This document shows, piece after piece, positions 25,680 through 39,200 of a stretch of 64,000 bases of DNA. The position numbers and the translations under genes were made by a program. Each line of letters starts with the position of its first letter. Within the stretch, counting starts at the first letter, position 1. The notes under the pieces are model-generated. The model made no database searches. It saw nothing but the letters and a program-made list of their open reading frames with translations, and was not told where the DNA came from. Source of the stretch: Epiperipatus broadwayi (Eukaryota > Animalia > Onychophora); assembly GCA_028023455.1 (NCBI GenBank), contig JAQFVV010000005.1, forward strand, positions 11,780,001-11,844,000. Reading direction: 5' to 3'.

Positions 25680-26738
25680 CATCATCATCATCATCATTAT
25701 CAACCATTATCAATCCACTGCAGGATAAAGGTCTCTCCAAGTTTAATCCATCTTCTCCGATCTTTAGCTTCTCTTCTCCACATCACCCCTACACATTTTC
25801 TTATTTCATCCATCCATCTTACATGTGGTCTCCTTCTGGGTCTTTTACAATCTCTTGGAATCCAGTTTAAAATTTCAATTGTCCATCTATTATCATCTCT
25901 TCTAGCAATATGTCCAGCCCAACTCCACTTCAATCTTTTAATTTTTTCAATGAGGTCAGTAACACCTGTTTGTTCTCTTACCCATACTTTGCGTTTTCGA
26001 TCTCTTCTTGTTACTCCCAACATACATCTCTCCATACTCCTTTGAGTGGTCTGAAGTCTCTGTATTGATCTTCTACTGAAGTCTCTGTATTGATCTTCTA
26101 TTAAGTGTCCAAGTCTCAGATCCATAAGTAAGAACTGGTAAAACACATTTGTTAAAAACCTTTCTTTTCAAACACATAGGTATATTTCCTTTAATATCAA
26201 GTTATTTCTACCAAAAGCACTCCAACCAAGTTTAATTCTATGATTAATTTCCTCTATTATGTTTCCATCTGTATTAATAATCTGACCAAGGTATTTGTAA
26301 CTCTTAACTTCTTCTAATTCATCATAATCAATCTTTATTTTCATATTTTGAGCAAATCGATTAAACATTACTTTAGTCTTTTTAACATTTATCTTTAGTC
26401 CTACTTTCCTACTTTCATCTGATAACTCCTGCAACATTTCCTGCAGCTCGGAAGCATTATTTGCAAAAACAACTACATCATCTGCGAAATCTAAATGACT
26501 TAAATAATCTCCATTTATTTTCACTCCTTTAGTTTCCCATTTTAATCCACAAAATACTTCTTGCAGCACTGCTGTAAAAAGTTTTGGAGATATGGAGTCA
26601 CCTTGTCATACACCTTTCTCAATGTTGACTTTCCCAGTATCATTATGTAATCTAATCATCAAGGTATAGATCCAGGATATTGTCATATTTTAAAGAATAT
26701 TTATAAAAATGCAACAGCAACAATTAGAATTAGATTAC
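25680..26738 (-). mobile_element. 5'-truncated, 5'-inverted RTE-clade LINE with (TGA)n tail
   Basis: RT motifs KGV*QGDSISPKLF and YLSHLDFADDVVVF; C-terminal LKWSWAGHIARR..RPHVRWMD..LQWIDNG*; tail (TGA)n at 25680-25700. The piece at 26657-26741 reads QGIDPGYCHILKNIYKNATATIR on the + strand. TSD ATAGAACATT at 25670 and 26739. Confidence 0.92.
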
Positions 26739-26875
26739 ATAGAACATTATACAAATTTATATACAGACACATGCATTATGTAATTTTTAATTCACATTTA
26801 AATGGCCAATTCTTAATTTTTATATTGATATTTTGTATATAAAATAAATACTTTTTGTTTATAATATTTAATACA

Positions 26876-27300
26876 ATTCTATAAATATTTATTTCTCAAG
26901 AAAAGATTGATTTTGTTTCATAGCTTAACTAATAAATCATTGAGCAATGCTTTTGACCTGGTAGATCATAATCATAGCACATTAACTTATCAGCTAAACT
27001 GATATTATTAGGAGAAAACAGGACATTAATTATTAGTGGTTAATATGATGTACTTGGGAGGTCATAATCATAGCGTCAAACTTATCAGTTAAACTGTAAT
27101 ACTCTATGGTTAAACTTTCAGTTAAACTGGTATTAATGTTGTGTTTTCTCTGAATAATACCAGTTTAGCCAACAAATTGGAGCACTATTATTATGACCTC
27201 CCAGATCGAAAGCATTGTTCAGCAAATTAATAGTTAGATTGTGAAATAAAATGTAATCTTTTCTTGGGAAACAAATTAACACTATTTATAGAATTAAATA
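26876..27300. mobile_element. MITE-like element with >100-bp imperfect inverted ends
   Basis: ATTCTATAAAT..CAAGAAAAGATT..TGAGCAATGCTTTTGACCTGG..TCATAAT is mirrored by ATTATGACCTCCCAGATCGAAAGCATTGTTCA..AATCTTTTCTTG..ATTTATAGAAT. Also has an internal direct duplication. Confidence 0.6.
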
Positions 27301-27934
27301 GCTAAAGAAAAGAAGCAAAATTTGATAGTTATATATTTAACAATTAATCTCATAAATTTTTATTTGATTAAAATTTTTAATAAAAAATAATTAAGAAAGT
27401 CATAAGTATTGGATGGTTTTTAACAATAAAAAACTATAAACAATATCTTATTGTAAATAAAAAAAATGAAATAAAGAATAAGATAGTATTATAAAAGTAG
27501 ATGTTGTGATAGAGTCTACTACAATGGGCACTCAAGAAATCAATTAAAAAGGAAAAAGTACATAATAGAATAACTAATAGAAATGATAAATCAACACTGG
27601 ATGTTTACTGTCTAAATTATGGCCATAGAATAGATTGTCAAAAAAGTTTACACTATGTTAAAATCCTAATAAAAGAAAAATCTAAGAAGTTAATTACATA
27701 AAATATTAAAAAAAAAGTATGAATCTCTACAAAAAGACAATATTAGTCACTTAAAGAGTAATAGAAAATTATTTAATAAATATGCACAAATTTACATATT
27801 ATTCTAAATGTATAGACATACATGTAAACACAATTGTGAATTATAATTAGTATATATATATAAAGATACATGCATAGCTTAGTGTGTGGTTACAAAAAAT
27901 AACTTTTTTATGCAAATCTGTAATAATAAATAAT

Positions 27935-28220
27935 CAATAAACATCACATGACCACCACCTCTTATGCTTGTGTATCACTGTTGTTAAAGCAGGCAAAACT
28001 CACTATATATATTGCCACCCACAACAAGCTAGAGTAATCCTAAGATCTAGGTGCAGTGCTCTTAGATCCAAGGCTCCTCGCTGATGAAGGCCATAAGCCA
28101 GAAACTAGTCTGGGGATATTGGATGAGTAGGCACTAGATGGGGGTTTTATGCACATGACATCCATTGATTACTCTAGCTTGTTGTGTGTGGCAATATATA
28201 TGGTGAGTTTTTGCTTGTTT
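27935..28220. mobile_element. Family B copy 4, internally inverted
   Basis: 14-bp TSD TAATAATAAATAAT at 27921-27934 and 28221-28234. About 105 bp forward, then ~180 bp inverted. Confidence 0.85.
28075..28116 (+). ncRNA. Type I hammerhead ribozyme (family B), intact core
   Basis: UCCUCG CUGAUGA A GGC CAUAA GCC A GAAA CUAG UC|UGGGGA; the AUCCAA/UUGGAU extension is retained. Confidence 0.85.
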
Positions 28221-28492
28221 TAATAATAAATAATAATGCAAATTGTAAAAGTAGAAAAAAAATCATTATGCTGTTAGCTTGTCAATATAGTTATACATAT
28301 TTTTTATGGTTGTATAATATATATATATATATAATAGTTATATAAAAATAAAGGGAAATAAAAAAAATGTTGATTAAAAAATATACTGTAATTATAAAGA
28401 AAAATATAAATGTTGTTATATATAGTTGTCTATAATTATTTATAACATTAAAGAAGGCAATAAAAATGCTGAAATAAGCTGTTTTTGTATTT

Positions 28493-28601
28493 GTCAAGCA
28501 TTGGTGGTCGAGAGGTCAGCAATAGCTGCTTTACAAGTAGTTGTCCCGGGTTAGTGGGTTCACTTCCCGACTAATGCTATGACACATGAGAAGAAAAAAA
28601 A
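28493..28601 (+). mobile_element. tRNA-derived SINE family F copy
   Basis: GTCAAGCATTGGTGGTCGAGAGGTC (A box), GGTTCACTTCCC (B box), ATGCTATGACACATG plus an A-rich tail. Confidence 0.7.
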
Positions 28602-28975
28602 TACAATATTTGTTATTGTAAACCTTTTTCAGTTTCATTTATTTAATAAAATAAGACTGAGTTCAGCTCTTCACTTTATTGCCATCTATAGTAAATTTGA
28701 GTAATTATTACTAGATGCATATAAAATCCCTATCTTTAATATTTAAATATCCATTCTTAGACCAGTTTTAGCTTTTGGTCTTTATTAATGAGACTTAGGA
28801 TTAAATGTTGGAAGAAATGCAGTTCTGCATCCAGTAACTAACATCCAGTCACCCTAAGATTTTGAATCCATGTCAGTCATCTTGAATAGATACATAAATC
28901 TGAAATCAGTTCTGTAATTCAATTGTTCATCATCTATAAACATCTTATTTCTTTGGCTAGTTATATTAATAATAA

Positions 28976-29815
28976 ATGACTAAAACATCTGATCACTATT
29001 TATTAGGTCTACACAAGCTGTTTAAACAGTAGCAATTCTCTATATAGTCATGCAATCCAGTGCAATGGATGCTAGATTTGGTCATCAAAAATCTCTATCT
29101 AGTATCTATTCATCCTATATTCACAGATTAGTTTTTAGCTTATAGCCTTAATCAATGAGGCATCTTGGATCTGAGAGCACTAGATCTTCAGATTTAATGC
29201 AATCCTCCAACAGCCACTATTTATTTTTTCATTTAACTATAAAACTATAAGTCCCAAATGAAAACAGTGTTTCACTCCAATCTTATTTGCTTGTAAAATC
29301 ATAGTGATCTAAACTGAGTTTAGTATCTATATATTTTGGTGTATTTGGTTTTTTAATAACCATAGTCACATCATTCTTTGGCCAAGATTGATAATTAAAC
29401 CACTAAAACATCACATGATCATCATTACTTAAGCCTACATAAGCAATAGAAACAGTAGCAAATTTCTCCTTACAGCAATGCGACCCAGTACAAGCTGTAG
29501 TAATCAGACCTGAATGACTATACTATTGAATGAGCTTGGATTGAAACAATATTGTTTCTAGTTTGGACTTATAGCTTTGTAGTCAGCTAAAAATATAAAA
29601 GGTGGCTGGAGGAGGGTTGCATTAGATACAAAGATCTAGATGCAGTATTTTCAAATCAAAAGCTCCTCATTGAAGAAATCCACAAACTAGAAACTAGTCT
29701 AGGGATGGTGCATGAATAGGCACTAGATAGAGATTTTGATGTACAAATCTTCTAGCATCCGTTGATTTCTAGGGCTTGCACTGGGAGACACTATTGTTTG
29801 AAAAAATTGCAAATG
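28976..29815. mobile_element. Family B copy 5, older and diverged (partial dimer plus ~310-bp inversion)
   Basis: The unit restarts at ~29405 and is inverted from ~29507. Probable TSD TTAATAATAA at 28966-28975 and 29816-29825. Both hammerheads are mutated. Confidence 0.75.
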
Positions 29816-32800
29816 TTAATAATAACAAATCACCAAATTCTCAACCTAAATAATAAGAGAAAAGCAACTTCCCACTCTAGCATCATCTACCATTTAGAAT
29901 ATGTATACTTAGTCTGATTTTAACTTTTTTTTACATTTATAAGTAAAATGAAATTAAAGGTGGATTACTGGATACTATAACTACATTCTTTCCAACTTTG
30001 AGTCTCAAGACTTCAATAATAAAGACAAAAACTAAATTCAGCTCAAACATGGAGATTTAAATTTTAAGGATAAGGAATTAGTTTGCATCTCTAATTAATG
30101 ATTATTCAAGCTTACACTAAATGACATTAAAATGAAGAACTGCTCTTATATAATTTAAATTGGGAGTTAGATGATTTGTTATTATTATAAATAGAGTAAA
30201 GTGAAAAGAAAACATCTATAAAATGTAATTTTTTTAAGAAGAAAAACTAAAGGCAATGACTGTAGACAAATTTTTATTGAAATTTATATTATGACAAAAT
30301 TATAGTAATGAACTGCTAGTGTGTTTACATTTTTGTATAAACATAAATATACAATTTATAGAATATATAAAAATAATGTATAATTAAACAATATTCTAAT
30401 TAGAATATGCATTATAAGTAACTTCATTACAATCATTTTAAGTTCATTTCATCCACAAGTGTAGAAAAGTCATTTAATATTATTAAAACTCTGCAATTAA
30501 CCAAAAGACTTATTTCTTAGGAGAACAAAGCTGTGTATAGATTTACACTAACTTGCATCAAAATAAAAAAAAAATTATTATAAATAACTAAATAAAAAAA
30601 AACTTTCATTAAATTTTTATATAAAAAGTCTAAATAGATCAATATAAAACCAACATTACAATTATTGTACTTTGAAATGATCATGTGATATCATTATAAT
30701 TAGAGTTTAATAATTTGATAATTATCCATTTCTTTTCAAACTTAGGGTCATTCATATTGTATCTGCCTAAATTAGCACTGTATGTCACAGTGTATATATA
30801 TAAAAAATAAAGAAATTTGTTGATTTTGAATAATTTCATTTCACTTGATCTATGGATAATAGAGTTCATGAAATATAAATGTTAACTACATAACCATGTC
30901 AACCTTATATTTTAAAATAATATTATTTACTATTAATATTAGCATCAACTTATAAATTGGTTATGATCAATTTTAGGGAAATATAGGAAAATAATTAAGT
31001 GAATCATAAAAAGATCACTTGAATAAAGTCATTATTACTAATTACATATTTCAGTTTCTGTTACTATATTCATCATAGCAATTTACTTATTGTAAAATTA
31101 AATGTTTTATGTTTCATATATGTTTGTTTATTAATCAGTTAATTGGAATATATTATTAAAAATACATGTAAAAATATATATTCATTAAAAAGTATCAAAA
31201 ATGTAATATGAATTCTTTATTTTTGGTTAAAAATGAAAAATAATATTGAAATTGTAAAACAGGATTTTATTTTTACTGTACCCAATTATTTTAAAGTCTT
31301 CATTTTATTTATTAATTAGAGGCAAATTTTATTACACTGGATAGAGTGATCATTGAGTTATATTGAACAGTTGCCTTAACAACACTATGTTTAAAATAGA
31401 ACTGAAAAGCTGCAACTTGAGTTCTTATAATTTTTTTGTTGTTTAGAATGTATGCGTTTCTATTTGTCTTTAAAAATTTATCAAATTTATTTTCTAATGT
31501 GATTAATTTCTAAACGATGGGAGGATAAAACCTAAATGTCTTCCTATTTAATTGGAGCAGTTTGTTCATGAAATTCTAAGGGAAATGGCAAAATGTAATT
31601 TTAAAAAAAACATCAAAATGTGTGGTCTTGCAAGTAAACTATAAAAAAAATTCCATTGTTAAAATCTAGGATTTCATCTATTTATTTGCAATGAATATAA
31701 ACCCCATGATGTGTATATAGTGTAAGAGATAGCTTACAAACAACCTTCACACCTGTCCCAGTTTTTTCACAATGTTTGAATTCAGACCAAGTGGTAGGCA
31801 AATAAAATATCCTACATACCTGCTTATACACATGAAGTATATATGTATATAAACATACATATAAACTAATATGTTTATCTATTTGTAGAAATTAATTTTT
31901 TTTCTTCATTTAATATCATTAACTAAAATAATAATTAATTGACTTATAGGACAGACATAATCAAAGGTCAAAATTTATATAAGGTCAAAATAGTTGCTAG
32001 GTGATCAAGTTTGGAATAATGAAGAATAAATAATAATAATAATAATGTTTTATATATATATTGATTAAGTTGTAACAATAGGTTTTAGCTAGCACGAAAA
32101 AAACAATCTAGCACTTTTCTTCACTTGTTGACTAACAGCAGAATTATCAGCACTTAAAAAAGTCTTTTATTTTTTAAAAAATAAATAAACTGTTCAGCGT
32201 TTAAAAAGAAAGAAAACAGTAAGAATATGTATTTTAAAATTTAATGTCAATAGTTCAAAATTAATACAAAATCTTTATAATTTGGATAGAAGGAAACTGG
32301 AAATTTAAACTTCAATTTATAATTAGCAGGAATGAACTAATGACTTAATTTATTCTGCAAGTTTGAATTCATTGTTTTGGAAATTAGAAAAAAAAAGAAA
32401 CGTGAAAATACTAGAAATTGTTTCTTTAAGCCATTTTCTATATTTATTGAAGCCACAACATAATTAATAGTGATTGATAAAATGGTCATTACAATGTGTG
32501 GGGTAAAAACCAATACCGGTGGCATTCCAAAGCTATCTTCGATGTCATTATAAAATTATCCATCAAAATGTCTATCTTACAAAACGCTGGTGAACATCAA
32601 TCTTCATTGGATTTATATATGTTCAGAAGAGATAATTTGTGTTTGTTTTAACCAAGCAGCATGAAAAATATAAATATCAACAGAGTTGGTGAACAAGAAT
32701 GTTATGCATGGAGATTGATATTTAAGTTTATAAACTCTTAACTGTAGTCAAAATGCTTGCTTTCCTCAGGATATATATATATTTGATTCACATGATTTTT

Positions 32801-32964
32801 TTGTTTTTATTATTTCTATTTGAAAGTTCATGTATTGTAATTTTTTTTTAATTGTGTATTCAAGATTCATTTTCAAATTCGATCACCTGCATTTTGAAAG
32901 TGGGATCAGTGAGTATCATATATTGATATACAAGGGGGAGTAGGAATCAGTCAATAAAAATATG

Positions 32965-32992
32965 AATGCTATGACATATGAAAAAAAAAAAA
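32965..32992 (+). mobile_element. 3' fragment of SINE family F
   Basis: AATGCTATGACATATG(A)12, matching the tail at 15783-15811. Confidence 0.55.
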
Positions 32993-34833
32993 GTAAATTT
33001 ACAGATCCCTCTGGAAATTCAACACTAATTCAACATAGCAACCTCAAGTAAGTTTTTTTTATATATATTTAACATTGAGGGCAAACTTTAAAACAAACAA
33101 AACTATATAAATTACTAATAATTTTTTAATAATATCTAATTGTAATTATTTTATTTCTGAGTGCTTAATTAATCAACTTGAGTAAATGGTCTTTTACTTA
33201 TCTTTTATTAATTTTTACTATGACTTTCATACACATATAGATGGGAGTGGGTCTATATGTATATATTTAAAAAAAAAATAGTTATAAATATATTTACCCC
33301 AACCTAGAAATATCATTCTAATAATCATATTAGTGGGGTAGTTAGAATTATTAAACTCTCATTTTCTTTTTTGTTTTATGTATATATTTAGTAAATTATC
33401 TGATATCATTTTGTATATGCTGTACTTTGAAGTATTTGTTTCTCTAGTATAAATAAAGATTAATTGAGGACAGATTTCCAGAATGAAATCTGAATCAGAG
33501 AAATTTATTGTATTAAGCCATAAAGATGATAGTAGATCATTCTTGTTAAATTAATATTTTTTTTTTGTAAATATTTATTATTATATGTTTAGATTATTAA
33601 TAAATGTATTGAGTTGTTTAAACCAATCTGATCTCTGTTTGATCATTGTCATCATCATTATGCATTCATACTATTAAAAGTTTCATCATCACTATCATTA
33701 AGAATTTACACCATTAAAGGTTTGATGATGATGATCATCATCATTATGTATTGCTCTCCTAAATGATTGATCATAATCAATATTTTTTTATCTATGCTTA
33801 TATATAGGCATATTTGGTTAATAATTAAGTAGGTCCATCCCTGAAGAGAGCTGACTGCAAGAACTCCCTGAGTTTGAATTCTGTGGTGCAATGGGGCCTA
33901 AAAAGGGAGATGTAATGAATATGAATTGGCCAAGGTCATATTGAAATATTGTAAGTAAATTATGAATTAGCATACTAAAAGTAGATGTGATTTGGAACTA
34001 GGCATTTCATTGTGACATCTTTAGCATCCTATTCGAAGGCCTAGGTCTGACAGTAGTGAGATGTGCTCCCTTTGTTATATACCATTTCTGATTCTGTAAT
34101 ATCTGGCACACCCAAATGGGACATCGAATCATGGATTTGGAATATGATTTGTTGTAGATTGGTTGACACATATTCAAGTCATCCAATTACTGAGTCGTAT
34201 TCATGTCATCTTATGATATACCCCACGGTTCTGTTATAATAGATATCATATTTTGATCAATGAATTTCAGAGGATCAATTAATTCAACTTATATGTGATA
34301 TTATGCAATCGAAATTTCACTTTTTTAACTTGAAAAGAAAAAAAAAATCCTAGCATTTATTACTCATTTGGATGTAACTGAATTTTGTCAATGATAGAAG
34401 TCTCTTTATATATTATTACCAATGAAAAAAGAAAATAAAGCCAGTGATGTGTAGGTTTGCATCAACTAAGTATCTGTTATTTTAAAAAATTGGATATATT
34501 TATATACTTGAAAGAAAAATATCGGAATTTAAAAGCAAAAGTAATTGAATTCAAATCAACATTGGGATCAGAAACAAGAAACCAAAGCTATGATGGATCA
34601 GTGGGTAAAAAGTAAGAATGAGACTATTCACTTGTATATCTATGTGTATATATATATTCGTTTTGAAAAAAAAAAAGTGTACATTTTGTTAATATTTTAA
34701 AATATGAGATCAAATAATATATATAGATTATTATATGATTAACCATTCATGCAATAAAAGGTAGGAGAGATTCGTTTTTTGTTATTATTATTTCAACTCT
34801 TATCTGTATATATCACTTTTTATAAATCTCCAC

Positions 34834-35556
34834 ATATACACTCTATTGCAATTTTTTTTATATAATTCCTTTAATTTTCTAACAGTTTCAACTGTCCTGC
34901 AGTCTTCATCAGAGCTACAATATTTAAATATATAATCATACAACCATTATTCTATATACACATAAAAATACATATTTTACATTATTATTCATAATCATAT
35001 TTTATTTCTAACCCTATACTTTTACTTCTCTTATTTCCTAATTATTATTTTTTTATGATTTCTTTATTACTTCTACTTCCCACTTTTTATTTTTTACTTT
35101 TTCTTCCACCCTATCTGTCATTCTACAGTACTCTCTAATATATCTTTATCACCTTTTTATTTTATTTTTAATACCTATTAATCTATTTTCTTTCCTTCCT
35201 TTTTATTATTTATCTATACTTATTCTTTTATAAATAATTTTTATTACTATTCTGATCTTTATTCTCTTTTATAATTTACTTATTTATTTAAAAAATAAAA
35301 ATAAGGGGGAAGTAGAAGTAATAAAGAAATAGTAAGAAAATAATAATTATGAAATAAGAGAAGTAAAGGTACAGGGTTAAAAATAAAATATGATTATGAA
35401 TAATAATGTAAAATATGTATTTTTTATATGTATATAGAATAATGGTTATATGATTAGAGGTTTAAATGTTGTAGCTCTGGTGAAGACTGCAGGACAGTCA
35501 AAACTGTTTGAAAATTAAAGGAATTATATAAAAAAATTTGCATTTAGAGTGTATAT
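34834..35556. mobile_element. Family D ~720-bp palindromic element with hammerhead-like cores in both arms
   Basis: ~260-bp inverted arms. Left core (minus, 34881-34912) CTGATGAAGACTGCAGGACAGTTGAAACTGTT; right core (+, 35477-35508) mutated to CTGGTGA..CAAAAC. Confidence 0.75.
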
Positions 35557-35934
35557 AGGTTAATTTATGACTCTATGTTTTCATGTGCTTAAATTTTTTT
35601 ATATTCAAGATTTAACTTGTGGATATTCATATAGAGAAGGGTTTAAATACAACGGATTTTTATGTTGGTTTACTTAGAAATTATATTAATGAATAAATAA
35701 AGATCAATTTTTATTTGATCACATTTTTTTTATCATTGTATATTCTATTTAAAGTATAAGGAAAATATCCAGAATCTCTCGTTCAGTTTATATATAGTAT
35801 TATTGTCATACAACACATTTTTGAGTTTCATACTGTAATGGATGGAACCTTCTAGTATCTATGGTTCACTGTGCCATGATTGGCTGCCCCAGATGAAATG
35901 GTCTGTGGAATTCTACCAAGCTGGGAAAGGGAAA

Positions 35935-36220
35935 AAGTTGCATCTAACTACAGTCGGACTTTGGATCTTCAGGTAGGATGCTGATGAAAATTTGATAAAA
36001 TGACTAACCAATGATTGCACGTACTTTTAATTGACAAGCTCTATACCTATTTAATAATATTAGATACAATTTAGGTTAGTTCATCCACATCTCACTCCTT
36101 TCCGATTCCGTTATGCCCTAATATTCGAACCCAGGGAGAATATTGCCTTTGACTCTCTTAACAGGTATGATCAGATATACGAAGCAACCTCCGCATCTCT
36201 ATATAGGTTACAATTAGCTT
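35935..36220 (+). repeat. Unclassified dispersed repeat, second copy at ~40972-41230
   Basis: Shared GCAT..ACTACA.T.GGACTTTGG.TCTTCAGGTAG.ATGCT, TAGTTCATC and ATATTC.AAC.CA.GGAGAAT blocks in the same order. Confidence 0.55.
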
Positions 36221-39200
36221 TTAAAATACTTAATTTATCATAAAACTATTATATAAAATGAAATAAGTGTGTGTGGATATATGATTATTGGTTGACTGTT
36301 GAATGCCATGATAACTCAATAAACCAGAGACCAGAATAATATAAACTATTTAACATTTATTAACGATGATAAAATGAATTTAAAAATAAAGTATTTTAAA
36401 CTTGGACGTAAATGTTCCATTATTAATAATAGGGTTGTGAAATTTTGACATAATTTGCGGTTTAAACTTTACAAGATGGAAAAAACCTCGTATAGTTTTA
36501 CCATATTTTCATTCTATTGCAAAACGGTTAATTAATAAGTTATCTCCGGATTTTCAAGTAATTTTTCATTCACCTCCAAATACAAATAGATTAACAATTC
36601 AAAATTTAAAATTGAATCTAATTTAACACAGCATGTAGTTTATAGGGTTTCTTGTCCTCATAAAGATTGTCATTCTATTTATTATGGTGAAACTAAAACC
36701 AATATTTTAAATAGAGTTTCACAGTATAAATATTTGTATCATCATACTAAAACTAAAGCTTTGGGTAATTCAGTGTTTGTGGAACATGAAAATAAGGCTG
36801 GACACCTATGTCAACCAGTAGAAGCAAAATTATTATATACTGAGAAGAATGACATAAAGCATAAGTTTAAAGAAGCTTGTTTTATAGCTGGTAATCCCAA
36901 TGCTATTAATAGAAAGGATTCTTGTTTTAGTATTTTTAAAAGGTGGATGCTATAATATTTATTTTTATTATATTTTTATTTTATATTATTTTATTTATTT
37001 ATTTAGTTTACATTTTATTTGAGATAAGCATTTTGTTTTTGAATAAGTGTTTATATTTTGTATTTATATTGTATTGGGCTATGATTATGGAGGCTTAAAT
37101 CCCCCGAAAGCGCTCAGCTTTATATTTGTAATTTTATGTTTAAAGCTTCAGCAACTGTGTTTTATCACAGTTAGTATTTAGTTTAATAATAAAATAATAT
37201 ATATATACATGTGTCAAATATCAGTTAATAATTCTATAGATCCATATCTTTTTACCCTAAGATAGAAATCCATTTATGACACTCATTATTTGCAAAATCA
37301 TGAAATACACAAAACAAAAAAAAAAAAAATCAATATTAGCAATTTAAAATGATTGCGATTCTGACTTACTAAATTAAACATCTATTGTCTCATTTATAAT
37401 AATATTGTGATTTATTCCTGCAGAAAGCGATCTATTTGATTACAGTCTCCCCAATCTAAGTTTAAATATATATATGATAGATAAAAGAATTTATACCAGT
37501 TAATTAGTTATCCACACTGAAATAATTAATAACAATTATTAATCAACAATATATAACATGTAAGATGAATTTTGTAATCTACTAAGTGTTGTAATTTAAT
37601 CTGTATAAAATAGATGGAAATCTTACCTCAATATTATACATAGATATAACCTGATGTTAAGGAGCTACGAATTCAATGAGCATTTTATTTACAATTGTAA
37701 AAAAAAGAAAATAACTAAGTTTACCACTCCCCCTCTTCTTCTCTACTAACTCTAAAAATGAAATCTTTCATAGCATAAATTGTGAAGTTCACCATCTGAA
37801 TATGAAAATAAAACAACAGATAAAAGAAAAATCAAAGAAAATTCACAATATTAATCTCTTGATAAAAATTAATAGTTGAAATAAAGTTCATTGAATCATC
37901 CTAGTAGTAGTTCATGATATTTAGGCATGGAAATCTTCAATAATCAGTTTAGCTCACCATATCACTTTCTTTGGCAAAGGATTGATCACACAGTGAGGTC
38001 TCCTGATGTCATTTAAAATAAAACACATCGATCCTTAGCTGATCCATCTCTTTGTACTCCTGTGCATGTTTCTTCTTGAACATTTGGTATCTTCTTGGGT
38101 GTTATAATAAAGTAGAAAAAAAATAGAAGTTTTACACAAAATGTTAGGGAAGAAAGCGATCACACCATAGCACATTTTTCTTTATCCCATTTGCATCTCA
38201 AAATAACATTAGATAACTATTTATAATCATAAATTACTTTTTAAATATAGAAGAATTTTATATATATACATTAAATAAATTATTCCATTTTTGCTTTAAC
38301 TATTAGCAGAATTAGTTTTCTTTTTCTAACAAGATTTAAAAATACCAAAACTCTTCCACTCATGATCAGCAAATAATCTAGTTATTACGAAAATCTATAA
38401 ATTGTTCTTAATTTTCATTTTATAACTCTTTTTGCTAAATTTGATAAAGTTTATAATACAGTATTTGATTTAAGAACTCCTATAATTCGAACAAATTTTA
38501 CTATTCAAAATTTTAACTCAATTGGTGTTAGTTCATGATAGATGTATTATTGTCAAGATTTTTAAAAGCTTTTGCTTTTATACCGTCCGTGTTTAAGTCT
38601 CGTGGTGCACTAAGATCTTCATTTCCTGTTAGGTTGATGTGGCTGCTTATTGTTAAGTACATTTCATTAATAAAAAAATAAAATGTTTTATTTTCATACT
38701 TTGTTTCTTAGCTACCTAAATTGACATCAGGTCATCTCCAAGTTACTTAACTTCAAATTGTGTCACATTATTGTTCAGTTTAGAATGTATAACAATCTAT
38801 TAAAGCTTATCAAATAATGTATATATATATTATCTTTTCCTATAATATTTTGCTGTATTAAGTGATTCACTATAAAAACAATAATTTATTATGACTTCTC
38901 TGATTAAATGCTAATATCAATAAACATATGTGTTGGACATAATCAAATAACATTCCCATTATTAGTGCAAGTTTCACGATGGACTTAATTTAATAAGTGG
39001 TTGGCAGGAATGATTGAGTTGTAAGCTACCCCTTACAATACATATATTTATTTATTTTTTGTTATTGATTTTTATAGAATGATAGATTTTCAAATTAATT
39101 AGATATATTCAAGAGAAATCACATTTGTATTTTTTTAAACTGGTTATGATTTCAGTCAATTGCATTCATTATTTTTTTTATTGTTGATTTTATTGCTATC

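Noticed and set aside
33835-33870. CTGAAGAGAG..CTC as a further hammerhead
   Set aside because: No GAAA/UH half and no helix I partner.
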